Source of the DNA: Halobacteriovoraceae bacterium
GTDB lineage: Bacteria; Bdellovibrionota; Bacteriovoracia; Bacteriovoracales; Bacteriovoracaceae
Length of the DNA stretch: 64,000 bases
Reading direction: 5' to 3'
NCBI GenBank assembly: GCA_040382195.1
Contig: JBEIFX010000002.1
Location: forward strand, 42,006-106,005
Shown here: positions 28,138-38,742 of the stretch, piece by piece
Layout: each line of letters opens with the position of its first letter
How positions within the stretch are numbered: the first letter of the stretch is position 1
Translations under genes and position numbers: made by a program
The notes under the pieces: model-generated
Database searches by the model: none
What the model was told of the DNA's origin: nothing
Seen by the model: only the letters and a program-made list of their open reading frames with translations

Positions 28138-28614
28138 CTAAAGAAAGTTTATCACTTTGTAAGTTCTAACCTCTTTGGGTGTTTCAACTTCAAACTCTTC
28201 ACCAGTTTTGAGCCCTAAAAGAGCATCACCGATGGGTGAAAAAACAGAGACAACAAGAATTAGCTTCCCTTCAACTGACAACAGAGTCCCACCAGCAGTT
28301 GGTAAAAGAAAGTACGAACGAAGCTGATTCTGATGAAGCAAATCAACGAGGGCGCCTATGGCCACCTCTTCCATTTTTTTAGACGCATCAAGATCAATGT
28401 CTTCCAGGATTTGAATTTCAAGCTTGAGTTCTTCTACTCGTTTAGTTTCAGCACTTGCGAGATAAGAGGCTTCAATAGCCCGAGTATCATACTTACTTTC
28501 CGCTTTAAATTCCTGATCTGTGGCAAGAGACGTCGAGGCATCTCGCGAAGCCTCAAGAAGCTTTAGTTCTTCCTTAGCACGCTTTAAAAGCTCATTTAAA
28601 ATAGCTACCTTCAA
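28138..28614 (-). CDS. GreA/GreB family elongation-factor-like protein
   Basis: Coiled coil with AESKYDTRAIEASY, and C-terminal SVFSPIGDALLGLKTGE. Confidence 0.8.
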   Translation of the reverse strand: MKVAILNELLKRAKEELKLLEASRDASTSLATDQEFKAESKYDTRAIEASYLASAETKRVEELKLEIQILEDIDLDASKKMEEVAIGALVDLLHQNQLRSYFLLPTAGGTLLSVEGKLILVVSVFSPIGDALLGLKTGEEFEVETPKEVRTYKVINFL

Positions 28615-29121
28615 CTAAACACCACAGCACTTTTTGAACTTTCTACCGGATCCACAATTGCATGGATCATTACGACCAACTTTCGGCCCCAATCTTCGAA
28701 GAGGTTCAGCCCCATGAATTTGACCCTCTTTAAATTTCCATTCACCATTATGTTTATTAAAAAGGGAAGTTTCATGATGGCGAAGCTCAGCGCCTGAAGC
28801 CTTATCCTGATAATGTGCGATGAACTCTACGGTGCCTGTTTGATCTGAAGGACCACCCTTCTGCGTTTTTCTAATTTCAAGTCCCTTCCATTCAGAACTT
28901 TCTGCCCACTTAAGTGCCTCTTGTTTATTGAAAACTTCATTTTCTAATGAAATTTGAGTTTGATCAATATGGCCAATGTTCTTCACGACATAAGCTGAAT
29001 ATCGTGAGCGCATTAATTGCTCAGCAGTTGAAACTTTCTTTATACCTTCCACAAAGGGGGCACAACATTGTTCATAACTAAGTTTTGACTCTTCTAAAGA
29101 TCTGCATGGGCATACGGACAT
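28615..29121 (-). CDS. YchJ family protein with SEC-C motifs
   Basis: CPCRS...[23 protein letters not shown] and [20 protein letters not shown]. Confidence 0.92.
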   Translation of the reverse strand: MSVCPCRSLEESKLSYEQCCAPFVEGIKKVSTAEQLMRSRYSAYVVKNIGHIDQTQISLENEVFNKQEALKWAESSEWKGLEIRKTQKGGPSDQTGTVEFIAHYQDKASGAELRHHETSLFNKHNGEWKFKEGQIHGAEPLRRLGPKVGRNDPCNCGSGRKFKKCCGV

Positions 29122-29182
29122 TCTTCTTCTCCTATTATTTCCCCTATTATCAAGGTAAGATCAAAAGGATTCAATCAACAAT

Positions 29183-31495
29183 TTGGTCCCCATGAAGAAA
29201 ATTCAAAAAACGCGACTTCCCATTGATGATTTCCTAGATGATATCGTTTCTGCGACCAATGACTACCAAACCATTCTAGTCAAGGCTTCCCCGGGTTCTG
29301 GTAAAACAACTCGCCTGCCTTGGTCGCTAGTCCAAAGACTCAAACTAAAAGTTGCTGTACTCGAGCCAAGAAGACTTGCGGCAAAGTTGGCGGCCATCCG
29401 CGTGGCAACTGAAGAGGAACTGACTATAGGAAGAGAAGTTGGTTATCATTTTCGTCTTGAAAAAAAGATTAGTCATGAAACAGAATTAACTTTCTTTACT
29501 GAGGGAACCTTTCTAAAACGTTTTCTCTCAGATCCACTCTTGTCTGGAATAGATATTCTCATCCTAGATGAATTTCATGAGAGGCATCTTGAAACAGATC
29601 TTGCACTTGCCCTTGCAAGTGAAGTTCAGAAAAAACGAGGTTTAAAAATTATCCTAATGTCGGCGACTCTCGATTTAAAGCTTATAGAAGCCTTTCCAGA
29701 AGCACGAATCTTTGACATCAATGCACCATTTTTTCCAGTCGAAGTAACATTCCTGCCGAACATTCCAAGTGTCCTGGATCAGTCTCTTGAAATAAAGGTC
29801 AAGAAATCAATCGCAGAATCGGACGGAGACACCCTGGTCTTCCTTCCTGGCATGCGAGAAATGCTGAGAGTCCAGAGCGTTCTTTCCAAAGATCTGGAAG
29901 TCTTTCTTCTCCACTCTGACCTCTCCCGTGAGGAACAGGAATCTGCTCTTGCGCCCAGTTCTCGAAGAAAAATTATCCTTGCCACGAATATCGCTGAGAG
30001 CTCCGTGACTATTCCTGGAATTAGAACGGTGATAGATTCTGGAATTCAAAGAAGTGCTTTTTATTCGCCTTGGACAGGACTCAAGTTCATTAAGGATTAT
30101 CCCATCACCCAATCGAGCGCTAATCAGCGTACAGGCCGAGCTGGACGTACTGGGCCTGGCCAATGCATTCGTCTCTTTAGCCAGACAGACTATCAATCAA
30201 GAGAAGAGCATACTCTTCCCGAAATAAAAAAAGCCGATCTAACGGACACTGCTCTCTTTTTATTAAGCTCAGGACTTTCCCCAAATTGGTTTGAAAAACC
30301 AGATGAAGATAAAATTTTTCGTGCTAAAAAACTTTTAGAACTTATCGGAGCCCTTAAGAGTGGTTCTATAACAGAGATCGGAACCAGGCTTCTTGACTAT
30401 CCGCTAGAAGCCCGACTAGCAAGGGTCCTTTTGGAAGGAGAGGATCTCATCCTAGAATCTAAAAAGAAGCTCATTCACTTTATTTGTTCTGATCTCGAGG
30501 ATGACCGATCGGGAATGCTCTTGCGACGCTTGCAATTCTATCTCTTCAAAAGTGGGAATAGCTCCGCGCCCTGGGAAAAGTGCCTCCTCACAGGTTTCAT
30601 TGATCAGGTTGCTCTCTATCGCTCAAAATATCGGGACTTTATTCACTATTCAGGAAAAATTTTAAAAGCACACGGAAGTCTCAATCATTTAGTTGATGGT
30701 TTTTATATCATTTTTGACATTACTCAACGGCAGGAAGCGGTCAAAGTGATGGAGTTTAAGGAGGAATGGGCATTCGAACTTGACCCCTTCCCTTTTTCGG
30801 AGGAAGAAGAAATTGAAGTTTCAGAAATAATCCAACTTAAACGAAAAACAAAACTTGGGAGCATCGTCATTGAGGAGGATATACGAAAGTTCTCCTGGCA
30901 TGATTCCCCTCCATCCCTTCATGAGAAAATCATTAGTCAAACTTCAAATCTCATGGTTGAAAAAATTAAAATCTGGAAAGAATCCCAAAACTTTCTCAGA
31001 ATCTCATTCTGGTGCAAGGAATTGGGAAAAGACCTCGATAGTGCCATCAATCAGGTGCGAACAGAAGATTTTTTAGAACTCTATGGGCTTCATTGGGAAA
31101 ACTTCCCACTTTTTATTCACTCATCAATCGAAAAGATATTGGATTTAAAAAGAATGGATCAGGAACTTCCTCGGGAAATAAATCTTGGAGGCCGACGGAA
31201 TATCGTCGTTCACTACCCTTTAAACCAAGGACCTTTTGTGGAAGCACCTATTCAGGAATTTTACGGACAAAAAGAAACTCCGACTATTATGAATGGCAAA
31301 GTCTCTTTAACCTTGCGTCTTTTAGGACCGCACAAAAGACCTGTCCAAATCACCAGTGACTTGGCTGGCTTTTGGCGAAAAACCTATCAGGAGATGAAAA
31401 AGGAATACCAGAAAGAATACCCTAGGCATTACTGGCCAGAAATCCCTTGGGAAGCAAGGCCCTATCTTTTAAAGTCACATCTTCCTAAAACCTAG
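29183..31495 (+). CDS. hrpB: ATP-dependent RNA helicase HrpB
   Basis: PGSGKTT, DEFHER, MSAT, TNIAESSVTIPG, QRTGRAGR and C-terminal RPVQITSDLAGFW..Y....YPRHYWP. Confidence 0.93.
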   Translation: MVPMKKIQKTRLPIDDFLDDIVSATNDYQTILVKASPGSGKTTRLPWSLVQRLKLKVAVLEPRRLAAKLAAIRVATEEELTIGREVGYHFRLEKKISHETELTFFTEGTFLKRFLSDPLLSGIDILILDEFHERHLETDLALALASEVQKKRGLKIILMSATLDLKLIEAFPEARIFDINAPFFPVEVTFLPNIPSVLDQSLEIKVKKSIAESDGDTLVFLPGMREMLRVQSVLSKDLEVFLLHSDLSREEQESALAPSSRRKIILATNIAESSVTIPGIRTVIDSGIQRSAFYSPWTGLKFIKDYPITQSSANQRTGRAGRTGPGQCIRLFSQTDYQSREEHTLPEIKKADLTDTALFLLSSGLSPNWFEKPDEDKIFRAKKLLELIGALKSGSITEIGTRLLDYPLEARLARVLLEGEDLILESKKKLIHFICSDLEDDRSGMLLRRLQFYLFKSGNSSAPWEKCLLTGFIDQVALYRSKYRDFIHYSGKILKAHGSLNHLVDGFYIIFDITQRQEAVKVMEFKEEWAFELDPFPFSEEEEIEVSEIIQLKRKTKLGSIVIEEDIRKFSWHDSPPSLHEKIISQTSNLMVEKIKIWKESQNFLRISFWCKELGKDLDSAINQVRTEDFLELYGLHWENFPLFIHSSIEKILDLKRMDQELPREINLGGRRNIVVHYPLNQGPFVEAPIQEFYGQKETPTIMNGKVSLTLRLLGPHKRPVQITSDLAGFWRKTYQEMKKEYQKEYPRHYWPEIPWEARPYLLKSHLPKT

Positions 31496-31736
31496 ATCGC
31501 CCCTTCTGATCACCAATATATTTAAAACGTGGAATTTCTTTGCCATCGACCAATACTTTTTCTAAAAACATCTTGAGAGGTCTAACCCATATTTTTGACT
31601 CTGAGTTATCATAAAGGCACATATAAATGACCATCCACTCCAAAGATTCTGAGTGCTTTGCAAGTTCCATAACGACATAATTTTTCCCTTTATAATGTTG
31701 GTAGACACCATTAGGTATTAAGTCACTATTTACCAT
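31485..31736 (-). CDS. DUF1653 family protein
   Basis: GVYQHYKGKNY...HSESLE..VIY...WVRP..MF. Confidence 0.9.
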   Translation of the reverse strand: MVNSDLIPNGVYQHYKGKNYVVMELAKHSESLEWMVIYMCLYDNSESKIWVRPLKMFLEKVLVDGKEIPRFKYIGDQKGRSRF

Positions 31737-33079
31737 GTGATTTCCTCCAAAAATAACCCTGGCATTATACCAATAAGAATTAAAAGAAGGAGTGCAAAAA
31801 TATAAGGAAACATTTCGGGAAGTGAAAGATCCCGATCAGTTATTTGATCTTTATATGGTGAAGGTCCTAAAAAAATCTTTGTAAAAATCAAAAAAAAGAG
31901 AATGCCGTTAAGACAGGTGGCCATAATGTGACCAAGCCCAAGATATTGGTGATAATGAAGTAGGCCAGTGATGACCAAATCTTCAACGACAAAGGAGGCC
32001 CCAAGTGGAACACCAATCACGCAAAAGCCGAAAAGGCAGAAAAAAGTAGAAAGCTTTGGAAAATAGTTCGAAAGACCATAAAAGTGAGATCTCCGTTTAA
32101 AGCTAAAGTGGTACTGTACATAACTTAGAATAGAAAAAAGTGAGGTACCAGCAATTGAGATCACCATCATGTGAAGATAAGAACCTTTGACGGCCGTAAG
32201 ATCCGCTTGCATGCCAGTTAAAAGCAGAGATGCCTGAGCAATGTAAAAATATGTCGTCTTCTTTTTGAGACTTTGTTCCAGAATGCCACGTAACGACCAA
32301 TAAACTGAGGAGAAGATCGAAAGCCCTAGGAGGAGAATTTTAAAAAAGTCAGGATCATATTTAAGGGTCGGAAGAAGAAGCCGCACAAAAAGAAGAACAC
32401 CCGCACGCGAGAGAAAGATTGCAGAAAATTCATACCATGGTAAGTAATCTACAACATCGTGGACCCATGAATGAAAAGGAAAAATACCGTGTGATTCATA
32501 AACAATAATAAATGACAATATAAGAACAGGCCATGTGAAAAATGATGCAGGAATCTCATTCAAGGGAGTAATCAAGACCCCGGATTCCCAAGCAAGAATC
32601 ATCAAGCAAAGAAAACAAACCGCCGTAACGGCATGTTGAATAACATAGGTTCCTCCATGGCGATCTTTAAAAAAGGGAGCTATCGGAAGACTGCGCTGAA
32701 AAATCCAAAAAATAAAAAAAGAGGGAAGATTATTTGCAAGGATAATACCCAATCCTCCGGCGACGTAAAATAAAAAAACCGTTGAAAGGTTGATCGTGTG
32801 ACGAATGGGGAAAAGACCTATAAAAAGAGAGCCACAATAAAGAGCACCGATAAAAATACTTATCTTGTTGTGGCGCATATCTAAGAAAGAATAGGCTTCC
32901 TTAGACGTGCCAAAATCCTGAGCAAAAAAGATAAAAAGAAAAAATAAAAAAAGTATTCCAAGAAGGTAAACGATAAAGTCCTGCCAAAATTTACCAAAGC
33001 CGTAAAAAGTAGATAAAAAACCGGTACCGAGGGTTGAAATAAGCGGAAGAGCTTCAATAATATGAGGTGAAATTTTCAT
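31730..33079 (-). CDS. Proton-conducting antiporter-like membrane subunit (NuoM/MrpD-like, divergent)
   Basis: Multi-TM protein with IFPFHSWV, FYGL..YFPKL and GVPLGASFVVEDL. Overlaps the dabB stop. Confidence 0.75.
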   Translation of the reverse strand: MKISPHIIEALPLISTLGTGFLSTFYGFGKFWQDFIVYLLGILFLFFLFIFFAQDFGTSKEAYSFLDMRHNKISIFIGALYCGSLFIGLFPIRHTINLSTVFLFYVAGGLGIILANNLPSFFIFWIFQRSLPIAPFFKDRHGGTYVIQHAVTAVCFLCLMILAWESGVLITPLNEIPASFFTWPVLILSFIIVYESHGIFPFHSWVHDVVDYLPWYEFSAIFLSRAGVLLFVRLLLPTLKYDPDFFKILLLGLSIFSSVYWSLRGILEQSLKKKTTYFYIAQASLLLTGMQADLTAVKGSYLHMMVISIAGTSLFSILSYVQYHFSFKRRSHFYGLSNYFPKLSTFFCLFGFCVIGVPLGASFVVEDLVITGLLHYHQYLGLGHIMATCLNGILFFLIFTKIFLGPSPYKDQITDRDLSLPEMFPYIFALLLLILIGIMPGLFLEEITW

Positions 33080-34395
33080 TTAAACCTCCTGAGTAAGAAT
33101 CTTAGAACTCTAGTATCAAACCGCCTCCACCGTTCTTCAAAATCCATATAGACTTTCATGGGAAACAGCAGACCGTTAATAATTCGTTGTAAAAAATAAT
33201 CTAAATGAAATCCATGGAGTGCATGAATGTAAATTTTCTTGCGAATCTCTGGTGAGAAAAGAAGTTCCAGACCAAACTTCCTTTTAATCGTCTTATTTTG
33301 TTCAACTGCAGGGTTTTCAAAAAAATCATGAATAAGTGAACTTGAACGTAAAAATTGATAAGTGCGAAGAGCCGCATGGGTAACAACATGAAATAGTGCA
33401 AACCTTGTAAAACCCAAAGCAATCTCAACGTAAATGATTCCGACCTGGGAGATTGTTGCGTAGGCGAGCATAGTTTTAGCATCTGTTCTCGTCCTTCCAA
33501 CCATCGTACTATAAACTGCCGAAATAAGACCAATGGCGGCAATAGAAAAAAGTAGAACTGGGAAATGATGAAAATAGTCGTAAAAGCGCAATAAAAGGAA
33601 TGGTCCTAGATGTACAGACAATGCACCGTAAAAAATCGCACTTGAAGGAGTCGGACCTTCCATGGCGGTGGGAAGCCAGGAACTCATGGGGAATTGACCA
33701 GCTTTTGCAAGAGAGGCAAAAATGAGAAAAGCTCCAATGAGACATAAATCAATATTCTCACTCGCATGATGGAGCGTCTGTGGCATGAGTGTGAAGTCAG
33801 TTGTATGGAGATGAAGATGCGCCCAGGCAGCAGCTGCAAGAATACCCATATCACAAATACGATAAGTAATGATCGCCTTGGTTGCATGATAGACTGGAAG
33901 AGGGCGATTATAGAAATAACTAATTAAAAGAACAGAGGTTGTCCCCACAAGTTCCCACCCCGCAAAAAGGAAATCAAGAGAACGAGAGAAAGAAACAATC
34001 ATAAGGCCGAACATCAGCATGGATAGAAGAAAGATAAATCGAAAATATCCAACTTCTCGATGAAGATAGTTACGAGAAAAACGAAAAATGACTCCAATTA
34101 GACCAGCGGTTAAAAGTGCATAAGTTGAACTCAGGGTGTCCACTAAAAATCTAAATCGAAATTGATAGTCTCCAATCTCAATCCAATTTTGAAAATCAAA
34201 TTCCGAACGAGGAACTCGAAAAATAGTCAAAAGAAAGAGTCCCAAGGTTAGAAGACCCATATAAAGAGAGAAAATCTTAACTGCTTCAGATAGCCAGTGC
34301 TCTTTAATATTTATCCTGAAAAAATAGATGACTCCAAGACACGAGATCCAAATCAGTGGGGATAAAAAGATTAGCTTAAAAAGTTGATGGGTCAT
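33076..34395 (-). CDS. dabB: NuoL-like membrane subunit of a DAB inorganic carbon transporter
   Basis: GWELVGTTS, YRICD, AKAGQFPMSSWLPTAMEGPTPSSA, ATISQVG and HVVTHA. Sits directly after the DUF2309 gene. Confidence 0.85.
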   Translation of the reverse strand: MTHQLFKLIFLSPLIWISCLGVIYFFRINIKEHWLSEAVKIFSLYMGLLTLGLFLLTIFRVPRSEFDFQNWIEIGDYQFRFRFLVDTLSSTYALLTAGLIGVIFRFSRNYLHREVGYFRFIFLLSMLMFGLMIVSFSRSLDFLFAGWELVGTTSVLLISYFYNRPLPVYHATKAIITYRICDMGILAAAAWAHLHLHTTDFTLMPQTLHHASENIDLCLIGAFLIFASLAKAGQFPMSSWLPTAMEGPTPSSAIFYGALSVHLGPFLLLRFYDYFHHFPVLLFSIAAIGLISAVYSTMVGRTRTDAKTMLAYATISQVGIIYVEIALGFTRFALFHVVTHAALRTYQFLRSSSLIHDFFENPAVEQNKTIKRKFGLELLFSPEIRKKIYIHALHGFHLDYFLQRIINGLLFPMKVYMDFEERWRRFDTRVLRFLLRRFK

Positions 34396-37127
34396 GCTCC
34401 AACCTCAGCGAAATCAACAACAGAGCTGGACTTTATAAGATCTAATGAGGACTCATAGCGCTCAAGTTCGGGTCCTACCAGCGCTATTTCTTCAAAATCA
34501 GCTATGATGAATGACCACCACCTCAGGGTTATTGGATCTTTCACAGCAAGTTTCATCCAGTGGTTATAGAGAATATTTCGAAGTCTTGGATGCCCATCAA
34601 AAAGACGCCTTACATTTTCCAAAGGCGCTTCAATAATCGTCAAATTTCGAATGGGTTCATGGATTTCCACCATTTGTCTAGCAAGACCAATTCGAAGATC
34701 ACTTTGAGGTCCAGTCATAACACCCAGAAGAGAAGTGAGATTGAGAGGAAGCTTAGAACCACAGCCAAAGTTGTCATTATCTACCGCCGAGAAGTAATAA
34801 TCCATGTTGATGTTAACTGCTACGGGTATACCGCCGAGCACTACCTTTTTTAAGACTTCACCGGTTGGGTCAGTTTTCCAATCGTAGCTCAGAAGAAAAG
34901 AGCGTCGATTTAAAAATAAACCCTTTGAGAGCTTACGAGGCGCCACTATGGCAAGGGCGTTTGAGGAATGCCCATATTCAGGTCTAGGTTGAGCAAGATC
35001 AAAGGCCCTGTCCCGGACGTGATGAATAGCATCTTCAGGTGAATTAGAAGTAAAGGTAGAGAAGCGCTGGCAGCGCTCAAACGCGTTCAACTTGGAAGCT
35101 TGTAGCAATGTTTTTTTTAAACGATCAAAACTTTCTCGAAGACTTAATGGAATTTCACTTTCATTGTAGAAATAAATCTCATCTGTGCAGGTATCGTGAA
35201 GTGCAGATATAAAAAAGGTTTTTTCACTGATAAAAAGGCCTTGGGAGTTGAGCTCTTTTCTCACAAGTGAATCATTAGCCATTTTTACAAAGGCTCGTGT
35301 ATTTGGAATTCCTGCATTTCCTCCGCAAGCACCGCAACCGTAAGCCTGTCGAAAAGGATTGTTATTACTCGATGATCCATGGCCCATAATCACCACGAGA
35401 TCACTCATGGATGACTGATTTCCACACATACTAATAATGTTATGAACAATCGAGGCCATTTCGGACTTTGTATAACCTTCATTTTCTCCCCGACGCTCTA
35501 GCTGAAGGTCAGTTGTCGGCTCTGGTCTGATCAGAGACAAAAGCTTTTTTCCCAACTGCATACTTCGCTCAGGAAAAAAAACTTGTACAAACATCGGAAT
35601 AAGACTTAACAGTCCAAGAAACAGAGTTGTTAGAAAGCCTCGAAATAATGTCCTCGAATGATAATAGAGCTTCAGATTATTTATGCCCCGAAGAGTATTC
35701 CACTTTTTAAATTCCTCTTCGTCTGTAGACACTTCTCGGACAATTCGACTTGGAATGATCACTGGGGGACATTGAGGTATTAGTCTTTGATGCTTTATCG
35801 TCGAATACTTCATATCTATTCCAAAAAAGCCTACCACTCCGAATGTTTCGATGTCTTGATCAATTTCTTCTACATAACGCCGCATTGATTCCTCGCGGTC
35901 ATCAATGCAGAAAAAGATCTGGGCGAGTTTCTCATTTTTATGTGAGGTTTTGTTATCTCCCCGATGACCAGACACGGCTTCTAGGGCCTGTCGGTGAAAG
36001 TGGTGTTCAAATGCTTCGTGCCAAAGCCTGATTTTGTCTCTATTCTCTGAACAGTCAATTTCATCAATAATTCGAAGAAGACGTTTAATTTCAATATCCT
36101 TAAACCAAGTCTCCTCAAGTTTAAAAGAGGTTGTTATTTGATAGAGGGCAAGAGAGAGTTCAAAACTACTGAGAATGCTTCTATCCTCTCTTCCCAGGAT
36201 TGACGAAAGTTCCAGTGAATGCGCCTGAGCGTGGTATTCATCCATCGCGGACTCAAAAATTAAAATCATGGCAATATAATCTAAAAGACTTATCTCAGGT
36301 GCCTTTACCGTTGCCTGCCAAGGCTCAACTTCGAGCTTATTCACCATTCCCGCCCATCCCTTAAGGTCAAAGAGGATTTCCAGAAGATAATCCTCCCAAA
36401 GGCTTTGCGGGACATTCTTATTCTTGAGTTCTTGTTCGATCACTTCTAAAGGAGTCCGACCAATGTGACAGCGAACCTTAGGAGCAAGATTATTTTCCCA
36501 ACCATTGGCGAATCCACGAGTTTCCAAAGTGTCGTAGACAAAAAAATCCCAAAGTCCTTTGGATTTAAAAGGGTTAGGCCAAAAGCCTTGACCTTGATCA
36601 AGAAAGCTAGAAACGAGTCTAATGATTAAAGGATGAAGACTTATCGAATATGATTCGTTATGGTACTTTTCCCAATAACCTTTACCTCTTAAATTTACTG
36701 TTGATCGTGATAAAGTCAGTTCCTCGCCTGACATTTTTTCCAGGCAAGCTTGCCAAAGAGGATTATTTGAAAGGTTGGCGTTGGGTTCATCATCATTGAA
36801 GGTCAGCTCCGAAAACATTAACCGATAATAGTATTCGGCTTCACTGATTCCCATTAAATTAAGAGAGGGGATAGCCTTGTAGAGGCCCAAATAGTGGTGA
36901 ATTGCCCACTTTAGATCACTTTCTACAATCTTTTGTTCTTTGAATTTATCAAGGTAGCGACTAAGGGGCCAATATGGACTGGCCCTATAGAGAATCCCAG
37001 CTTCGTGAAGTGCCTCATGAAATTCTTTATGCTCAAACATCTGAAGAATGTTATTGTGAACAAATGAATGAAGCGGATTTTGTATCGGGAGTTTCGTCCG
37101 AATGTTACGGATGATGTCATCAAGCAT
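34392..37127 (-). CDS. dabA: DUF2309/UPF0753 beta-carbonic-anhydrase-like subunit of a DAB inorganic carbon pump
   Basis: PIQNPLHSFVHNN, FCIDDRE (Cys/Asp), GHGS (His), CGACGG (Cys), ARPE-like PRPEYG, FLLSYD, SAVDN and HEPIR. Confidence 0.92.
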   Translation of the reverse strand: MLDDIIRNIRTKLPIQNPLHSFVHNNILQMFEHKEFHEALHEAGILYRASPYWPLSRYLDKFKEQKIVESDLKWAIHHYLGLYKAIPSLNLMGISEAEYYYRLMFSELTFNDDEPNANLSNNPLWQACLEKMSGEELTLSRSTVNLRGKGYWEKYHNESYSISLHPLIIRLVSSFLDQGQGFWPNPFKSKGLWDFFVYDTLETRGFANGWENNLAPKVRCHIGRTPLEVIEQELKNKNVPQSLWEDYLLEILFDLKGWAGMVNKLEVEPWQATVKAPEISLLDYIAMILIFESAMDEYHAQAHSLELSSILGREDRSILSSFELSLALYQITTSFKLEETWFKDIEIKRLLRIIDEIDCSENRDKIRLWHEAFEHHFHRQALEAVSGHRGDNKTSHKNEKLAQIFFCIDDREESMRRYVEEIDQDIETFGVVGFFGIDMKYSTIKHQRLIPQCPPVIIPSRIVREVSTDEEEFKKWNTLRGINNLKLYYHSRTLFRGFLTTLFLGLLSLIPMFVQVFFPERSMQLGKKLLSLIRPEPTTDLQLERRGENEGYTKSEMASIVHNIISMCGNQSSMSDLVVIMGHGSSSNNNPFRQAYGCGACGGNAGIPNTRAFVKMANDSLVRKELNSQGLFISEKTFFISALHDTCTDEIYFYNESEIPLSLRESFDRLKKTLLQASKLNAFERCQRFSTFTSNSPEDAIHHVRDRAFDLAQPRPEYGHSSNALAIVAPRKLSKGLFLNRRSFLLSYDWKTDPTGEVLKKVVLGGIPVAVNINMDYYFSAVDNDNFGCGSKLPLNLTSLLGVMTGPQSDLRIGLARQMVEIHEPIRNLTIIEAPLENVRRLFDGHPRLRNILYNHWMKLAVKDPITLRWWSFIIADFEEIALVGPELERYESSLDLIKSSSVVDFAEVGA

Positions 37128-37197
37128 GGATGATCCTCTGATGGTTTAAATTCATCATACTCCTAGAGGCCCAAAGGAAAAAGTATATGAATAGAAT

Positions 37198-37881
37198 TTA
37201 ATTTGGATAGCGGTAAATAATCCTAACCTTCATAAGCTCATTTTTGCTGTCCTTCATATTGGAAAGGCCTGAATAGCTTAGTAGTCGTTTTGTTTTACGA
37301 TCGTATAAAAGTTCCAACTTTGGAGCAAAGAGTCTCAAGAACCAATTGTCAATCTTGATTTCTAAATCAACTGTTTCAGCAGATACTTTCCCTACTTTTA
37401 AATAAAAGTCATATGCATCAAGCCTTCCAGGGATCAAAAATTTTAAATCTACTTTTCCTTTTTTAATAACCTCTTCAAGATGCTCTTTAAGGTAATAATG
37501 AAAACCCTGTCCTCCGACTAATAGTTTGTCTTTAAAGTCTTCTGCTCGGATACTTTTTATTTTCTCTTTATCGCCTCGATTAAACATGATTATTTCATTG
37601 CCTTTATACCTGACACCATGGGCACCCCCATGAACAAGGTCCTCCATCTCATGCTCAGGAACGGAGAGACTTTTTTGATAGTCATTTTTCAGTCGAGCAA
37701 TGATGACTCCTTTGTCATTGGTATAGGTCGTTGTAGACCTAACGATCTTCCCACTCTCTAATTCCAGGGTGTGCTTTTCCAAGTACACTCTCTTACCATC
37801 TACAAACGCCTCTCCTTCGTATTCTTGAGTTTCTGCGTATGCCAATATAGAGAAAAAAATTAATCCCAATAAAAGTTTCAT
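37198..37881 (-). CDS. Secreted hypothetical protein
   Basis: Signal peptide MKLLLGLIFFSILAYA and beta-rich body. Confidence 0.75.
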   Translation of the reverse strand: MKLLLGLIFFSILAYAETQEYEGEAFVDGKRVYLEKHTLELESGKIVRSTTTYTNDKGVIIARLKNDYQKSLSVPEHEMEDLVHGGAHGVRYKGNEIIMFNRGDKEKIKSIRAEDFKDKLLVGGQGFHYYLKEHLEEVIKKGKVDLKFLIPGRLDAYDFYLKVGKVSAETVDLEIKIDNWFLRLFAPKLELLYDRKTKRLLSYSGLSNMKDSKNELMKVRIIYRYPN

Positions 37882-37953
37882 TACAACCTCTTTAAGTTCA
37901 GTGCCTCATAAGATAATATAAGAGTTTAAAAAGAAAACAAATTCAGGTCAAAG

Positions 37954-38655
37954 ATGCCTCGACAAATACCTACTATTGTCTTTTTACACAGTGCTCTTGA
38001 AACGTCCAAAGAGTTAGTTCCTTTGATGGAGCTTTTTTCTTGTCGTGGTTTCGATGTTCAATCATTTAATTTCCGAGGCCATGGAATAAACTCCCCTATG
38101 CCAACTGAATTCCGTATAGACTGTTTCGCCCGAGACCTTGATGACTTTCTGAATGGCCATTCATTTGAAGAGGTTGTGGTTTTCGGAAATGGGCTCGGTG
38201 GTTATGTTGCTCTCTATCATCAGGCAAACTTTGAATCTCCCAAAGTTAAGAAAATTTTTACTTATGGAACGAAGTTTAACTGGTCTGAAAAATCAGTCAA
38301 TAAAGAAATCATAATGTTGTCACCTGATTTTATTCTGGGAAAACACCCTCAGGTTGCAGCCGATTTGAAACAAAGACATGGCGAAGGTTGGCGACACCTC
38401 TTACTTTCTACTGCCCATCTGATTCAAAATCTTGAAAGGCTCGACGGCCTAACAAAAGAGGATGTGAGTGAAATTTCAATTCCGGTGATTCTCATCCTCG
38501 GGGACCAAGATCGGGTCGTGACCAAAGAAGAAACCGCCCTCATGAATTCATGGCTTCGTAGAGGTGAAACCAAGGTTATTTCTCATTCAAAGAATGAGCT
38601 CGAAAAATCGAATATCAAAGAGATCACTGAAACTGTCTTACGTTTATTGGATTAG
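37954..38655 (+). CDS. Alpha/beta hydrolase fold protein lacking the catalytic Ser
   Basis: VFLHS, FNFRGHG and LGDQDRVV, but the nucleophile elbow reads GNGLG. Confidence 0.8.
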   Translation: MPRQIPTIVFLHSALETSKELVPLMELFSCRGFDVQSFNFRGHGINSPMPTEFRIDCFARDLDDFLNGHSFEEVVVFGNGLGGYVALYHQANFESPKVKKIFTYGTKFNWSEKSVNKEIIMLSPDFILGKHPQVAADLKQRHGEGWRHLLLSTAHLIQNLERLDGLTKEDVSEISIPVILILGDQDRVVTKEETALMNSWLRRGETKVISHSKNELEKSNIKEITETVLRLLD

Positions 38656-38742
38656 CTTTTTTGAGCAGGAATTAAGGTATTTTTAAGGTGAAGGAATCCC
38701 TCTTCCCGGCTATAAATCGAGCTGACAGAAAGAGGTGAAAGC

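Noticed and set aside
37120-37158. 12-aa uORF MMNLNHQRIIHA overlapping the dabA start
   Set aside because: SD spacing is poor (1-4 nt), dabA has its own GAGGA SD, and the composition is unremarkable.
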